Source: Chiloscyllium plagiosum (lineage: Eukaryota). From it: a stretch of 20,000 bases of DNA. The notes below the pieces were generated by a model that was not told where the DNA came from, searched no databases, and saw only the letters and a list, made by a program, of their open reading frames with translations. Shown piece after piece: positions 1 to 10,970 of the stretch; the first letter of the stretch is position 1; each line of letters opens with the position of its first letter. A program made the position numbers and the translations under genes. Location: assembly GCF_004010195.1 (NCBI RefSeq), contig NC_057752.1, positions 14,222,709-14,242,708 on the forward strand, in the 5' to 3' direction.

Positions 1-148
1 TTGAAAGGAAAGCTGGATAAACGCACGGTAAAGGGCAAGCTACCAAGGAACCTGAGGACTGCTTCAGCATTCGGAAGAGAGAGATGTCTGGCAGTGAGCG
101 TAATGGAAACGTCACGGTGTCATGGGCAAAGCAGAGAAGATGGAATGG

Positions 149-217
149 CAGCAGGTGTAGGAATTGAGTCTGTGTTGTTGGCATCACTCACCAGCAATCC
201 AGCCAACTGAGCTAACC
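149..217 (-). mobile_element. Decayed tRNA-derived SINE head
   Basis: Minus strand reads GGTTAGCTCAGTTGGCTGG (A-box-like) ... GACTCAATTCC (degenerate B-box), spaced like a tRNA-derived Pol III promoter. Confidence 0.5.
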
Positions 218-281
218 CTGCCAACGCAGGAGGGAAGGAAGGAGTGGAAGGACTGAAAGCACTGTGCATGCTGTAAATCAG

Positions 282-357
282 AGACAAAAACTGGAAAAGC
301 TCAGCAGGGCTGGAGAGAGAAACAGGGTCAACGTTGAGTGACCCTGCCTCAGACCTC
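282..357 (-). mobile_element. Decayed fragment of short Penelope-like terminal element with hammerhead remnant
   Basis: CTGGAAAAGCTCAGCAGG resembles CTGGAAAAGCGCAGCAGG of the 9290/19050 family; minus strand has CTGAGG.AGGGTCAC..AACGTTGA, a broken hammerhead-like core. Confidence 0.45.
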
Positions 358-578
358 TGTTTTAGTTGAATCCCTGGGATTTTATTGACTTCATGCAGGA
401 TGCAGACATGCCAACAGGAGTGCGAGTGGGAAGACATAACGCTGCGTGAACACACGAGCTGGTACGTGTGATAAGGGGAACAGCTTGAAGTGTACTCAAC
501 CTTCTGCAAAGTGAAGGATGAGTGTTAGAACCGGGCAGGGGTAAGGCAGTGTAACCTCGCTGAGAGTCAGCACCTTTA

Positions 579-1095
579 CAGAGTCATTGAGATGTGCAGC
601 ACGGAAACAGACCCTTCGGTTCAACCCGTCCATGCCAACCAGATATCCCAACCTAATCTAGTCCCACTTGCCAGCACTTGGCCCATATCCTCTAACCCCT
701 TCCTATTCATATACCCAATTTTTAAATGCTGTAATTGTGCCAGCCTCCACCACATCCTCTGGCAGCTCATTCCATACACACACCACCCTCTGTGTGAAAA
801 CATTGCCCCTTAGGTCTCTTTTATATCTTTCCCCCCTCACCTCAAACATGTGCCCTCTAGCTCTGGACTCCCTTACCCCAGGAAAAAGACCTTGTCTATT
901 TACCCTATCCAAGCCCCTCATGATTTTATAAGGTCACCCCCTCAGCCTTTGACACTCCAGGGAAAAATAGCCCCAGCCTATTCAGCCTCTCCCTGTAGCT
1001 CAAACCCTCCAACCCCGGCAACATCCTTGTAAATCTTTTCTGAACCCTTTCAAGTTTCACAACATCTTTCCGATAGGAAGGAGACCAGAATTGAA
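579..1095 (-). mobile_element. CR1-clade LINE (HER1-like), 5'-truncated 3' end
   Basis: Minus-strand ORF MRGLDRVNRQGLFPGVRESRARGHMFEVRGERYKRDLRGNVFTQRVVCVWNELPEDVV is the CR1 ORF2 C-terminus; conserved 3' UTR and ATGACTCT-type tail near 579-590. Confidence 0.92.
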
Positions 1096-2499
1096 CGGGC
1101 TATTCAGGGAAGGAAGATGTATAAATCAGACTGGAGGAGAGAGACAGTATTCACTAAAGATGCTTGGAAAGAGCTCACACACATCGCTCCACAGATGAAA
1201 ATTGGCTCCACGGTTATGAAACTCCCCTGAGCCTTTAAAGAAACGTTCCATTGGTTTTGTGGTGAAGGCAAGACCACAGGGAGGATGTTATTTCGTTTAC
1301 TTGAAATTGGCCCCACTTGGATCCACAGGTGAGGAGGGAAATTCCACTGCCTGATCCACTCAAAAGTGAACCCCTTCTGGTGAACCAGTGGTGAGAGGTT
1401 GGGGCTGCAGGACATGGCGGAGAAGAAGGCATGGGCAGATGCCACAGTGACATTGGCATCCAGGGCAGGACATGCCATGTCATTACCAGTTGAGGGCATT
1501 GGAGGGGGAGGAGGGGGGCACTCTTGGGAAGGGTGAGATTGCCTAATAAAAGTGGGCTTAAAAATATCAAGCAAATCGAAGGAATTCCACTCCCCCCCCC
1601 CCACCCCCACCCCCACCAATTAGCAGTCTCTTTATGTTCAATACCTCCATTTCTTTCTCCTTCATTGAGTCTGGGCTTTTGACTCTTTTGATGTAGGTGT
1701 GGGTACGTGCCCAGCTGGTGGCAAGCTTCGCCATGTCGGAGAGTCTGCCCACGGCCTGCCCCGCCTTTCAAATAAAACAGGGTTGGCAAATCCATGGATG
1801 AGCCCCTGAGCCTCTGAGGCACGCATGGGCTGAGGATTGACCCTCCTCGCCGTTGGCAGCATTCGCTTGCTCGAGGGGGCAGCTTCGCACACGGAGTGAT
1901 CATGCCCGCGGATGGCAGAAGCGATGGGTTCCCCCCCCGCCATGGCAATGACGGAATAATCCTCAACTTGGGAATGGAAGGGGTGGGGAAGAGAGAGGGA
2001 GAGTCTCTCTGATATTATGCCCAGAGTACAGAACCAGGAGCTGGTATAGAATGCGCGAGGTGACGATGTTGGGGCAATGGGTAGGTGGCAGAGATTTTTC
2101 TATACCCTGCCACATGTCCCCCACCTCACACTGCCCTTCCTATATTCCCTCAGTCCCTGCTCAGAATGGAAAAAAAACCTTCCTAACCTGTGCTCAGTAA
2201 AAAAACCACCCAAACCATCCCTTGCATTCATTGCAAAGGAGTGAATCATCTCAGCTGTGTCTCCTGGATAAATAGACTGTCCAGAGTACATACTAATGAG
2301 CCTTAAATGAGACATTTGATTATGAAACATGTCTATCTATCGAGCCACAAAGTACACCATTTACTCTTTAAATTAAGCGAGGTTATTAATGTTTGACTAG
2401 ATTTCAGAATGAGAGAATTCCACACGCCCAATGTCCACATTTGTAACAGACTACATATTCCCGTTAACTGGGATCGAGTGCTAGACCACACAGACATAC

Positions 2500-2607
2500 C
2501 TCTGACAGCTGTCCGTCGTATCTTGCATGCACCAGACAAATCCAGATCAATTCGATCTCGAGACGTCAATGCCAATAGTCTAGGAGTGTTCTTTAAACAG
2601 ACCCAAA
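2500..2607 (-). CDS. Candidate internal coding exon (108 nt, phase 1-1) of an unidentified host gene: xWVCLKNTPRLLALTSRDRIDLDLSGACKIRRTAVRx
   Basis: Minus strand: (TC)n polypyrimidine tract then CTGTTAAG acceptor; donor AG|GTATGT at 2500/2499; length divisible by 3; only one of three frames open; non-repetitive, CpG-retaining sequence. An alternative acceptor would start the exon at 2590. Confidence 0.45.
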
Positions 2608-2613
2608 CTTAAC

Positions 2614-2642
2614 AGAGAGAGTCAGAGAGAGAGAGAGAGAGA
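2614..2642 (+). repeat. Imperfect (GA)n microsatellite
   Basis: agagagagtcagagagagagagagagaga. Confidence 0.9.
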
Positions 2643-3260
2643 TCACAGGCACACACCATCGCACAGCCAAAGGAAAAGAAATAGGAATTAAGTTTCAACA
2701 GTCCACCCCTCATTGTCATAGCCAGTCCCCTGGACTAAATCTGTTCCTTCAGTTTCCTGTTTCTCTCTGTACCCTTGGCAGCAGTCACTATATGGATGTG
2801 GGAGAAACTCAAATGTTCTCTTATTGCTGTCTCTTCCTGTCTGGCCAGGCTCCACGGCTCATATTTTCTTATTTTGCAGCCCTAATAGTGCATTTCCTAT
2901 GTAATTCTCCCATTCCTGCTTGTAAAGGCCTCTCACTTTATCATCTATTTGACACGTTAATGCAATACAGATTGCACCATTCACGTGCGTTCAATTGCAA
3001 CGCTCCACAGTTTTGCTGCGTTTGTGGTTTTTGCTTTTGTTTTGAAATTCCAGAAATGCGATTTTTTTTTAAATCTGAGGAACTCGCAACAGCATTTAAC
3101 TTGGAGTTCTATTGTCCAGCAATTAGGAGTTTAGGATTTAGATCTTAATCTTTCAGCTGAGGAGTTGGAACTTACCCTCAGACTACATAACATTACACGG
3201 AATTTGCAACATAGCAGCTGACCATTCGGGCCAACTGATCCATGCCAGGGTTTGTAATCT

Positions 3261-4295
3261 TAGAGTCATAGAGTCATACAACATAGAAACAGACCCTTCG
3301 GTCCAACCAGTCCATGCTGACCAAAATCCCAAAATAAGCCAGTCCCACCTGCCTGCTCCTGGCCCATCTCCCTCCAAACCTTTCCTATTCACATCCTGAT
3401 CCAAATGCCTTTTAAACATTGTAACCGTACCCACATCCACCACTTCCTCAGGAAGTTCATTCCACACATGATCCACACTCTGTGTTCAAAAAACAGTTGC
3501 CCCTCATGTCTTTTTAAATCTTTCTCCTCTCATCTTAAACGTATGCCCCCTAGTCTTGAACTTCCCCGTCCCAGGGAAAAAAATCACCTGTCATTCACCT
3601 TATCTATACCCCTCACGATTTTATAAACCTCGATAAGGTCACCCCTCAACCTCCTGTGCTCCAAGTAAAATAGCCCCAGCCTATCAAGTTTATTTTTATA
3701 CCTCTAATTCACAGGGGGGGACATGCATTTCAGGTGAGAGGGGGAAAGTTCAAAGGAGATGTGAGGGGCAAGCTTTTTTACACAAAGGAGTGGTAGGAGT
3801 CTGGAATGTGCTGCCAGGGATGGTGGTGGAGGCAGGTAGGATAGGGGCATTTAAGGGACTTTTAGCTAAGCACATGAATATGCACGGAATGGAGGGCAGG
3901 CAGAAGGGATTAGTTTAATTTGGTGTCATGTTCAGTACAACATTGTGGGCTGAAGGGCCTGTTCCTGTGCTGTACAGTTCGATGTTCTAGAACTGTATCT
4001 CAAACCTTCCAATCCCAGCAACATCCTGGTCAATCTGTTCCGAACCCTCTCCAGTTTAATAATCTCCTCCCTGTAACAGGGCGACCAGAACTGCACACAA
4101 TACTCCAGAAGAGGCCTCGCCAATGTCCTGTACAACCTCAACATGATTCCCAACTCCTACACTCAAAGGACTGAGCAATGAAGGCAAGTATGCTAAACAC
4201 CTTCTTAACCCCCCTGTCTACATGTGATACAAACTTCAAAGGATGATGTACTTCAACCCCTAGGTCCCTCTGCTCTACAACACTACCCAAGGAAT
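3261..4295 (-). mobile_element. CR1 LINE 3' portion, interrupted by a plus-strand CR1 at about 3714-3989
   Basis: TAGAGTCATAGAGTCA tail at 3261; ORF pieces VWNELPEEVVDVGTVTMFKRHLD and MLRLYRTLARPLLEYCVQFWSPCYREEIIKLERV are collinear on either side of the insert. Confidence 0.9.
3714..3989 (+). mobile_element. CR1 LINE 3' end (different subfamily) nested in the previous element
   Basis: AGGTGAGAGGGGGAAAGTTCAAAGGAGATGTGAGGGGCAAG...TGGAATGTGCTGCCAGGG...GAAGGGCCTGTTCCTGTGCTGTAC followed by an ATGTTCTA tail. Confidence 0.85.
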
Positions 4296-4514
4296 TGTCT
4301 AAGTCCAATCCTCTCTTTCAATGTATTCTGTTATGTTCTTCGTCACCTGGTGGCAGTATGGAGCAGTTCAGTTCGAGAGCCCCAGTTGCCCTGGCAACAT
4401 ACACTTTCACAGCCTAGAGCCCCGGATAGTGATGGTCCAATTCTCTTTCCATTTCGGGGAAGGACCAGGAATCTCACCCACTCTCCTAACTGCCATTGAC
4501 ATGCATTAGAAGGC

Positions 4515-4590
4515 TTTACAAGGGGCAGTTTGGACGGGCAATAAATGCAGACCCAGGCAGCGAAACCCACACCCCATGAGGGAATTTTTT
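4515..4590 (+). mobile_element. Old SINE/LINE 3' tail fragment (DeuSINE/SacSINE1-like tail)
   Basis: GGGCAATAAATGC...CAGCGAAACCCACACCCCATGA resembles the remembered tail motif GGGCAATAAATGCTGGCC..GCCAGCGACGCCCACATCCCATGA. Confidence 0.45.
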
Positions 4591-5229
4591 AAAATCAACC
4601 TGTTTGACCTTGTTCTAAACACACTTTCCTTGGTCATCAAATCCTGGAGAGGCCGTTAAACCCAGAATTTCTGCTCCAGAGGTGAGAACAGAACCTCCTC
4701 CATCAACCAACCTCCTCTCATCAATGTTCTTTCCCTCAAAATGCCTCCATCCTGGTCACCTTAACTGTTCCCTTCGATAGTGAGCTCTGCGTTTGAAACA
4801 CTCTCTCACTTAACAGGCTCTTCCTGAATATTGGATTTATTTGTGACCATTTTCAATCTCGGACCCTTTATTTTGGTCTCCTCCCCACTCCACCCCCCCC
4901 GGCAAGTGAAATTATTCTCGCCATGTCTACCCAATCAGTGTGTGGATAGAATGATAGCCAAGCTAAGTGCACTGCCCTTCATTTTGAAGGCACACTCTCA
5001 GGCTGGAAAAGTGTCAGATATCTTGTGTTGCTGTCAGACAGATGAAGACCTCTAAGTGACTGCTGTGCCAACGCAGGGCAGAGTGCCCTCTTCGGCACCA
5101 GCTGGCCTGGTGTTGATGGTCCCAAATGGAGATGCCATGAGGGCGGGCTGATGTTGAAGCAAAGTGGCCCTTTGTTAAGGCTGTGGGACAGAGCGATGCG
5201 CTTTGCAGGAAGTCTTGTCCAAGCATGGT

Positions 5230-5389
5230 CGCCAAGTCATGCACAGCAAGATCCCACTTGCAACCCTCTGATAGATCTTCTCCTCATCAACTTGTTTTGA
5301 GGACGCCAAGACGCACCTCCGGAGCGGGATTTGAAGCGGGGCCTCTTGACTCAGAGGTAGGGACATTACTACCACACTACAAAATCCCT
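5230..5389 (-). mobile_element. Old tRNA-derived SINE 5' region
   Basis: Minus strand GTAGTGTGGTAGTAATGTCCCTACCTCTGAGTCAAGAGG...CTTCAAATCCC, homologous to the plus-strand copy at 5826-5942; a further decayed copy lies near 4590-4695. Confidence 0.55.
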
Positions 5390-5499
5390 AGGAACCTTCT
5401 GGTGATATTGTTGACTTGACGGCGAGGTACTGGAGAAAGCATCGAGAAGAACTATACCACTCTGCTGCCAAGATTCCCACAAAATTATTCACTGAAGGG

Positions 5500-5770
5500 A
5501 GGGGTATGGTGGCTCAGTGGTTAGCATTGCTAACTCACAACGTCAGCAACCCGGCTTTGATTCCAGCCTCGGGTGACTGTCTGTGTGGAGTTTGCACATT
5601 CTCCCCGTGTCTGTGTGGGTTTCCTCCCACACTCCAAAGATATGCAGATTAGGTGGTTTGGCTGTGGGAAATACAGTGTTGTGGGGATGGGGGCAGGGGG
5701 AATGGTCTTCAGAGGGTCAGTCCAGACGTGATGGACCAAATGGTCTGCTTCCATACTGTAAGGATCCTAA
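5500..5770 (+). mobile_element. HE1-like V-SINE
   Basis: tRNA head TGGTGGCTCAGTGGTTAGCA, V-domain GTCTGTGTGGAGTTTGCACATTCTCCCCGTGTCTG, CR1-like 3' end. Confidence 0.88.
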
Positions 5771-5825
5771 ATGGGCAGATAGGGGTCATCTGTTGAACAT
5801 CCCATTTCGAAAGGGGTTGGTGGGG

Positions 5826-5942
5826 GAGCCTCTTGTGGTGCAGTGATAGTGCCTCTACCCTTGGACCATGAGACTCAGGTTCAAGTCCTACCTCCTCAGA
5901 GGGATGTGCTATCATCTCTGAACAGGTTGATGAGGAAAATAG
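5826..5942 (+). mobile_element. Old tRNA-derived SINE 5' region
   Basis: A-box TGGTGCAGTGATAG and B-box GGTTCAAGTCC, followed by GAACAGGTTGATGAG shared with 5230-5389. Confidence 0.6.
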
Positions 5943-6066
5943 GTTAACAAAAATAACACTTAAAGCTGAGTTTGAAAAAGATTTTAATAAAACAGAAAGG
6001 CTGCAACACCCACCGCATGTACACCAGCACAATAACATACTGAAGTCTCTCAGGTGGAATCTGACT

Positions 6067-8312
6067 CCATAGGCCATAAAGCATGGGAGCAGAAATTAGG
6101 CCATTCGGCCCATCAAGTCTGCTCCACCATTCAATCATGGCTGATAAGTTTTTCAACCCCATTCTCCTGCTTTCTCCCCGTAACCCTTGATCCCCTTGGT
6201 AATCAAAAACCTATCTATCTCTGTCTTAAATCTACTCAATGACCCAGCCCCACAGCCTTCTGTGGCAATGAATTCCATAGATTCCCCACTCTCTGGTTGA
6301 AGAAGTTTCTCCTTATCTCCATCTAAAAGGCCTTCCCTTTACTCTAAGGCTGTGCCCTTGGGTCCTAGTCTCTCCTACCAATGGGAACATCTCCCCACCA
6401 TCCACTCTGTCCAGGCCATTCAGTATTCTATATGTTTCAATTAGATCCCCCCTCATCCTTCTAAACTCCGAGTATAAATCCAGAGTCCTCAAACGTCCCT
6501 CATATGTTAAGCTTTTCATTCCTGGGACCATTCTTGTGAACTTCCTCTGTTCTAGGGCCAGTACATCCTGAGATATAGGGCCCAAAACTGCACACAATAC
6601 TCCAAATGTGGTCTGACCAGAGCCTTATAGAGCCTCAGAAGTGCATCCCCACTTTTGCATTTACTTTCCTGACTACTGACTCAACTTGCAGGTTTACCTT
6701 GAGAGAATCCGGGACTAGAACTCCCAAGTCTCTTTGCACTTCAGACTTCTGAATTTTCTCCCCCTTTGGAAAATAGTCCATGCCTCTATTCTTCTGACCA
6801 AAGTGCATGACCTCACACTTTCCCATGTTGTATCCCACCTGCCACTTCTTTGCCCACTCTCCTACCCTGTCCAAATCCTTCTGCAGCCTCCCCACCTCCT
6901 CAACGCTACCTGTCCCTCTACCTCTCTTTGTATCATCTGCAAACGTAGCCAGAATGCCCTCAGTTCCTTCATCGAGATTGTTAATGTATAAAGTGAGAAG
7001 TTGTGGTCCCAAGATTGAACCTTGTGGAACACCACTTGTCACCGGCTGCTATCCTGAGAAGGAACCTTTTATCCCCACTCTCTGCTTTCTGTCTGACAGC
7101 CAATCATCTATCCATACCAGCACCTTTCCTCTGACACCATGGGCCCTTATCTTACTCAGTAGCCTTCTGTGCAGCACCTTGTCCAAGGCCTTTTTGAAGT
7201 CCAGGTGGATAACATCCATTGGCTCTCCTTGGTCTAACCTGCTCGGTACTTCCTCAAAGAATTCTAGCAGATTTGTCAGGCATGACCTCCCCTTGATGAA
7301 ACCATGCTGACTTTGCCCTATTTTACCACATCCTTCCAAGTGTTCAGAAGTCTTAAGACGTATTAAGGGTGCGACTGTGGCTCAGTGGTTAGCACTGCTG
7401 CCTCACAGCACCAGGGACCCAGGTTCAATTCCAGCCGAGGGTGATTGTCTGTGTGGAGTTTGCACATTCTCTCCGTGTCTGCCTGGGTTTGCTCCGCTTT
7501 CCTCCCACAATCCACTGATGTGCAGGTTAGCTGAATTGGCCATGCTAAATTGCCCGTAGTGTTCAAGGATGTGTACGTTAGGTGCCCTAGTCAGATGTAA
7601 ATGTAGAGTGATGGGTTTGGGGCGATACTCTTTGGAGGGTTGGTGTGGACTTGTTGGGCCGAAGGGCCTGTTTCTGCACAGTAGGGAGTCTAATTCTCAT
7701 CCTTCACAATAGATTCCAGGATCTTACCCATGACTGAGGTTAGGCTAATCAATCTGTAATTTTCCATCTTTTGCCTTACTCCCTTTTTGAAACAGGATGT
7801 TACGTTAGTGATTTTCCATTCTCTGGGACCCTCCCTGATTCTAGTCATTCCTGCAGGATCACCACTAATGCCTCCGCTATCTGTTCAGTTAACTCCCTTA
7901 GAACTCTGTGGTGTAGTCCATCTGGTCCAGGTGATATATCCACCTTCAGGCCATTCAGTTTTTCTAGCACCTTTTCCTTGGCGAGGGCCACCATACTCAC
8001 CTCTGCCCCCTCACTCTCTTGAATTTTTGAGATATTACTCATGTCTTCCATCGAGAAGACTGATACAAAGTAATTATCAATTCCTCAGCCATTTCCTTGT
8101 TCCCCACTACTCTCTCTCCAGTGTCATTTTCCACAGCCCAATCTCCACTTTTGCCTCTATTTTGCCCAATATATAACTAAAGAAACTCTTCCAGTCTTCC
8201 TTTATGTTACTGGCTAGCTTACCCTCATATTTAATCTTCTCCCTCCTTATTTCTTTTTTTGTTGCTCTCTGTTGGTCTTTGTAAGCTTCCAAATCCTCTG
8301 GTTTCCCACTGC
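6067..8312 (-). mobile_element. CR1 LINE, about 1.9 kb of decayed ORF2 (RT domain) plus 3' UTR, interrupted by a SINE
   Basis: Collinear RT motifs in broken frames: ISPGPDGLHHRVLREL, QSQHGFIKGRSCLTNLLEFF, DVIHLDFKKALDKVLHRRLL, TSGVPQGSILGPQL, ATFADDTK, QRDLGVLV; multiple stops and frameshifts. Confidence 0.95.
7367..7693 (+). mobile_element. HE1-like V-SINE inserted in CR1
   Basis: GTGGCTCAGTGGTTAGCACTGCTGCCTCACAGCACCAGGGACCCAGGTTCAATTCC (A/B boxes), V-domain, 3' TTGGGCCGAAGGGCCTGTTTC. Confidence 0.92.
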
Positions 8313-8839
8313 ATCATATGCTTTGCCTCAAAGGCAAGTGAGCAACATCTGAGCTCAGAAACCTGGACTTAGCACCCAAAATGGTTGTACAAGTTCCATT
8401 GGTCATTTTGGTGAGCCACAGAGATAAACACATGGCTTTTTCATTCCCGATCTGGATGCATGTGTCCCAGGAATTTTCCCAACTCAAGGGTTGATCCATC
8501 TCAGGGGCATTGACCTCGGAGTTTGGATTTCTGTTCTGGGGAAGATGGTGTATGCTGGCCTCAGGACCTCTGCCCTTGGTGGTACTAATGGCCAGTGAGG
8601 TTGTCTTCTTATTGGCCATCATGGAAGCAGTTAGGCCCTCTAATCCTCACCCCTCACATTTCCCTCATGCTGCCCACACCCAATGCCCCATTTGTGCCAA
8701 CACATACCCCCAACTGTCCCCATGGTGCATCATACCATCCTTGCCAATCTATGTGCCTCTACCCATCTACCCCATGGCTCCTCATGCCCTCCATGCCCAC
8801 CTTTCATTGGTCCTCATTCTCCCTGTGCCAGCTTAGTGC

Positions 8840-9074
8840 CAATGTTTTCACGCAGAGGGGGGTACGTGTATGGATTGAGCTGCCAGAGGAAGTGGTGGAG
8901 GCTGGTACAATGACAACAGTTAAAAGTCATCTGGATGGGTATATGAATAGGAATGGAGGGATATGGGCCAAATGCTGGCAAATGGGACTAGATTAATGTA
9001 GGAAATCTGGTCAGCATGGACAAATTGGACCAAAGGGTCTGTTTCTGTGCTGTACATCTCTCTGACTCTGTGAC
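8840..9074 (+). mobile_element. CR1 LINE (HER1-like) short 3' end
   Basis: NVFTQRGVRVWIELPEEVVEAGTMTTVKSHLDGYMNR followed by the conserved 3' UTR and CTCTGACTCTGTGAC tail. Confidence 0.9.
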
Positions 9075-9386
9075 ACCCACATCCCATGAAAGATGAAACA
9101 AACAGAAGGGAATGTCCAGTACATGAAATTGAAAGGTCCCTCCAATTTTTAAGAGTCATCTTTTGTCTTCTGATTGTCTACGTCCCAAACATGGACACAA
9201 AAGTACCCACGCGAGAAGGCAGACATTTTCCAAAGCTTTTGGTCTTCCACTCATCAGGATCGATGCAAGACTGGCACGTTTTAAACAATGGAGAAAGCGA
9301 GGACTGCAGATGCTGGAGATCAGAGCTGAAAATGTGTTGCTGGAAAAGCGCAGCAGGTCAGGCAGCATCCAAGGAACAGGAGAATC

Positions 9387-9414
9387 GACGTTTCGGGCAT
9401 GAGCCCTTCTTCAG
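9387..9414 (-). ncRNA. Minimal type-I hammerhead ribozyme core, intact
   Basis: CUGAAGA-A-GGGC(UCAU)GCCC-GAAA-CGUC; predicted cleavage 3' of the C at 9387. Confidence 0.75.
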
Positions 9415-9501
9415 GAATGAGGTAAAGTGGGCCAAGCAGGCTAAGATAAGGAGGGACAGTCCCTCCTCCCTACCTTTTATCTTAGCCTACTTTCCTCATT
9501 C

Positions 9502-9529
9502 CTGAAAAAGGGCTCATGCCCGAAACGTC
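9502..9529 (+). ncRNA. Minimal hammerhead core with G8-to-A mutation (probably inactive)
   Basis: CUGAAAA-A-GGGC(UCAU)GCCC-GAAA-CGUC. Confidence 0.65.
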
Positions 9530-9603
9530 GATTCTCCTGCTCCTTGGATGCTGCCTGACCTGCTGCGCTTTTCCAGCAACACATTTTCAGCTCTGATCTC
9601 CAG

Positions 9604-10171
9604 NNNNNNNNNNNNNNNNNNNNNNNNNNNNNNNNNNNNNNNNNNNNNNNNNNNNNNNNNNNNNNNNNNNNNNNNNNNNNNNNNNNNNNNNNNNNNNNNN
9701 NNNNNNNNNNNNNNNNNNNNNNNNNNNNNNNNNNNNNNNNNNNNNNNNNNNNNNNNNNNNNNNNNNNNNNNNNNNNNNNNNNNNNNNNNNNNNNNNNNNN
9801 NNNNNNNNNNNNNNNNNNNNNNNNNNNNNNNNNNNNNNNNNNNNNNNNNNNNNNNNNNNNNNNNNNNNNNNNNNNNNNNNNNNNNNNNNNNNNNNNNNNN
9901 NNNNNNNNNNNNNNNNNNNNNNNNNNNNNNNNNNNNNNNNNNNNNNNNNNNNNNNNNNNNNNNNNNNNNNNNNNNNNNNNNNNNNNNNNNNNNNNNNNNN
10001 NNNNNNNNNNNNNNNNNNNNNNNNNNNNNNNNNNNNNNNNNNNNNNNNNNNNNNNNNNNNNNNNNNNNNNNNNNNNNNNNNNNNNNNNNNNNNNNNNNNN
10101 NNNNNNNNNNNNNNNNNNNNNNNNNNNNNNNNNNNNNNNNNNNNNNNNNNNNNNNNNNNNNNNNNNNNNNN
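9604..10171. other. Assembly gap
   Basis: Run of N. Confidence 1.
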
Positions 10172-10484
10172 TTCAAGTTTCACAACATCTTTCCGATAGG
10201 AAGGAGACCAGAATTGCATGCAATATTCCAACAGTGGCCTAACCAATGTCCTGTACAGCCGCAACATGACCTCCCAACTCCTGTACTCAATACTCTGACC
10301 AATAAAGGAAAGCATACCAAACACCTTCTTCACTATCCTATCTACCTGCGACTCCACTTTCAAGGAGCTATGAACCTACACTCTAAGGTCTCTTTGTTCA
10401 GCAACACTCCCTTTGACCTTACCATTAAGTGTGTAAGTCCTGCTAAGATTTGCTTTCCCAAAATGCAGCACCTCACATTTATCT
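10172..10484 (-). mobile_element. CR1 LINE ORF2 internal fragment
   Basis: KVESQVDRIVKKVFGMLSFIGQSIEYRSWEVMLRLYRTLVRPLLEYCMQFWSPSYRKDVVKLE. Confidence 0.92.
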
Positions 10485-10682
10485 CATAACACATACAGCA
10501 CAGAAACAGACCATTCGGCCCGCCCAGTCCATGCTAACCATAATCCCCAAACCAAACTAGTCCCGCCTTCCCTATGCTTGGCCAATCTCCCTCCAAACCT
10601 TTCCTGTTCATGAACTTATTAAGTGTCTTTTAAACATTGTAACTGTACCCATAATCCACCACTTCCTCAGGAAGTTCATTCC
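10485..10682 (-). mobile_element. CR1 LINE short 3' end
   Basis: Homologous to 3261-3465 (AGAAACAGACC..CGG, AACTAGTCCC, TTTTAAACATTGTAAC, CTTCCTCAGGAAGTTCATTCC). Confidence 0.85.
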
Positions 10683-10687
10683 TACTA

Positions 10688-10970
10688 TGCCCAGCTCTGG
10701 TTACCCTGTTATAGGAAGGATATTATGAAGCTGGAGAGGGTTCAGAAGAGATTTACCAGGATGTTGAAGGGAATGGAGGGTTTGAGTTATAGGGAGAGGC
10801 TGGAGAGGCTAGAGTGTAGGAGGTTGAAAGGTGACCTTATAAAGGTTTATAAAATCATGAGGGGTACAAAAGGGTTAATGGTAGTTGTCTTTTCCCGAGA
10901 ATGGGGGATTTCAAGACTCGGGGGCTTATTTCTAAGGTGAGAGGAGAGAGACTTTGAAAAGACATGAGGG
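10688..10970 (+). mobile_element. CR1 LINE ORF2 C-terminal fragment
   Basis: QLWLPCYRKDIMKLERVQKRFTRMLKGMEGLSYRERLERLECRRLKGDLIKVYKIMRG. Confidence 0.88.

Larger units (their letters stand above)
9290..9603. mobile_element. Head-to-head inverted pair of short Penelope-like terminal elements (family A)
   Basis: 9313-9448 is the near-perfect reverse complement of 9477-9603 apart from a deletion of about 10 nt; each arm carries a hammerhead core; the right arm runs into an N gap. Confidence 0.8.

Noticed and set aside
1104..1966. Overlapping 171-aa and 243-aa minus-strand ORFs in a GC-rich stretch
   Set aside because: Low-complexity, no recognisable domain; probably a decayed repeat that I cannot classify
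5500..5580. tRNA-like sequences at SINE heads (also 7370, 15290-15353, 17908)
   Set aside because: They continue into V-domain and LINE-derived tails, so they are SINEs and not tRNA genes
8630..8830. CCCATG-rich region and its overlapping ORFs
   Set aside because: Degenerate low-complexity repeat with no definable period or coding signal
9514..10489. Long ORFs of 220-313 aa in the ORF track
   Set aside because: They are open only because they cross the N gap; the flanks are repeat sequence
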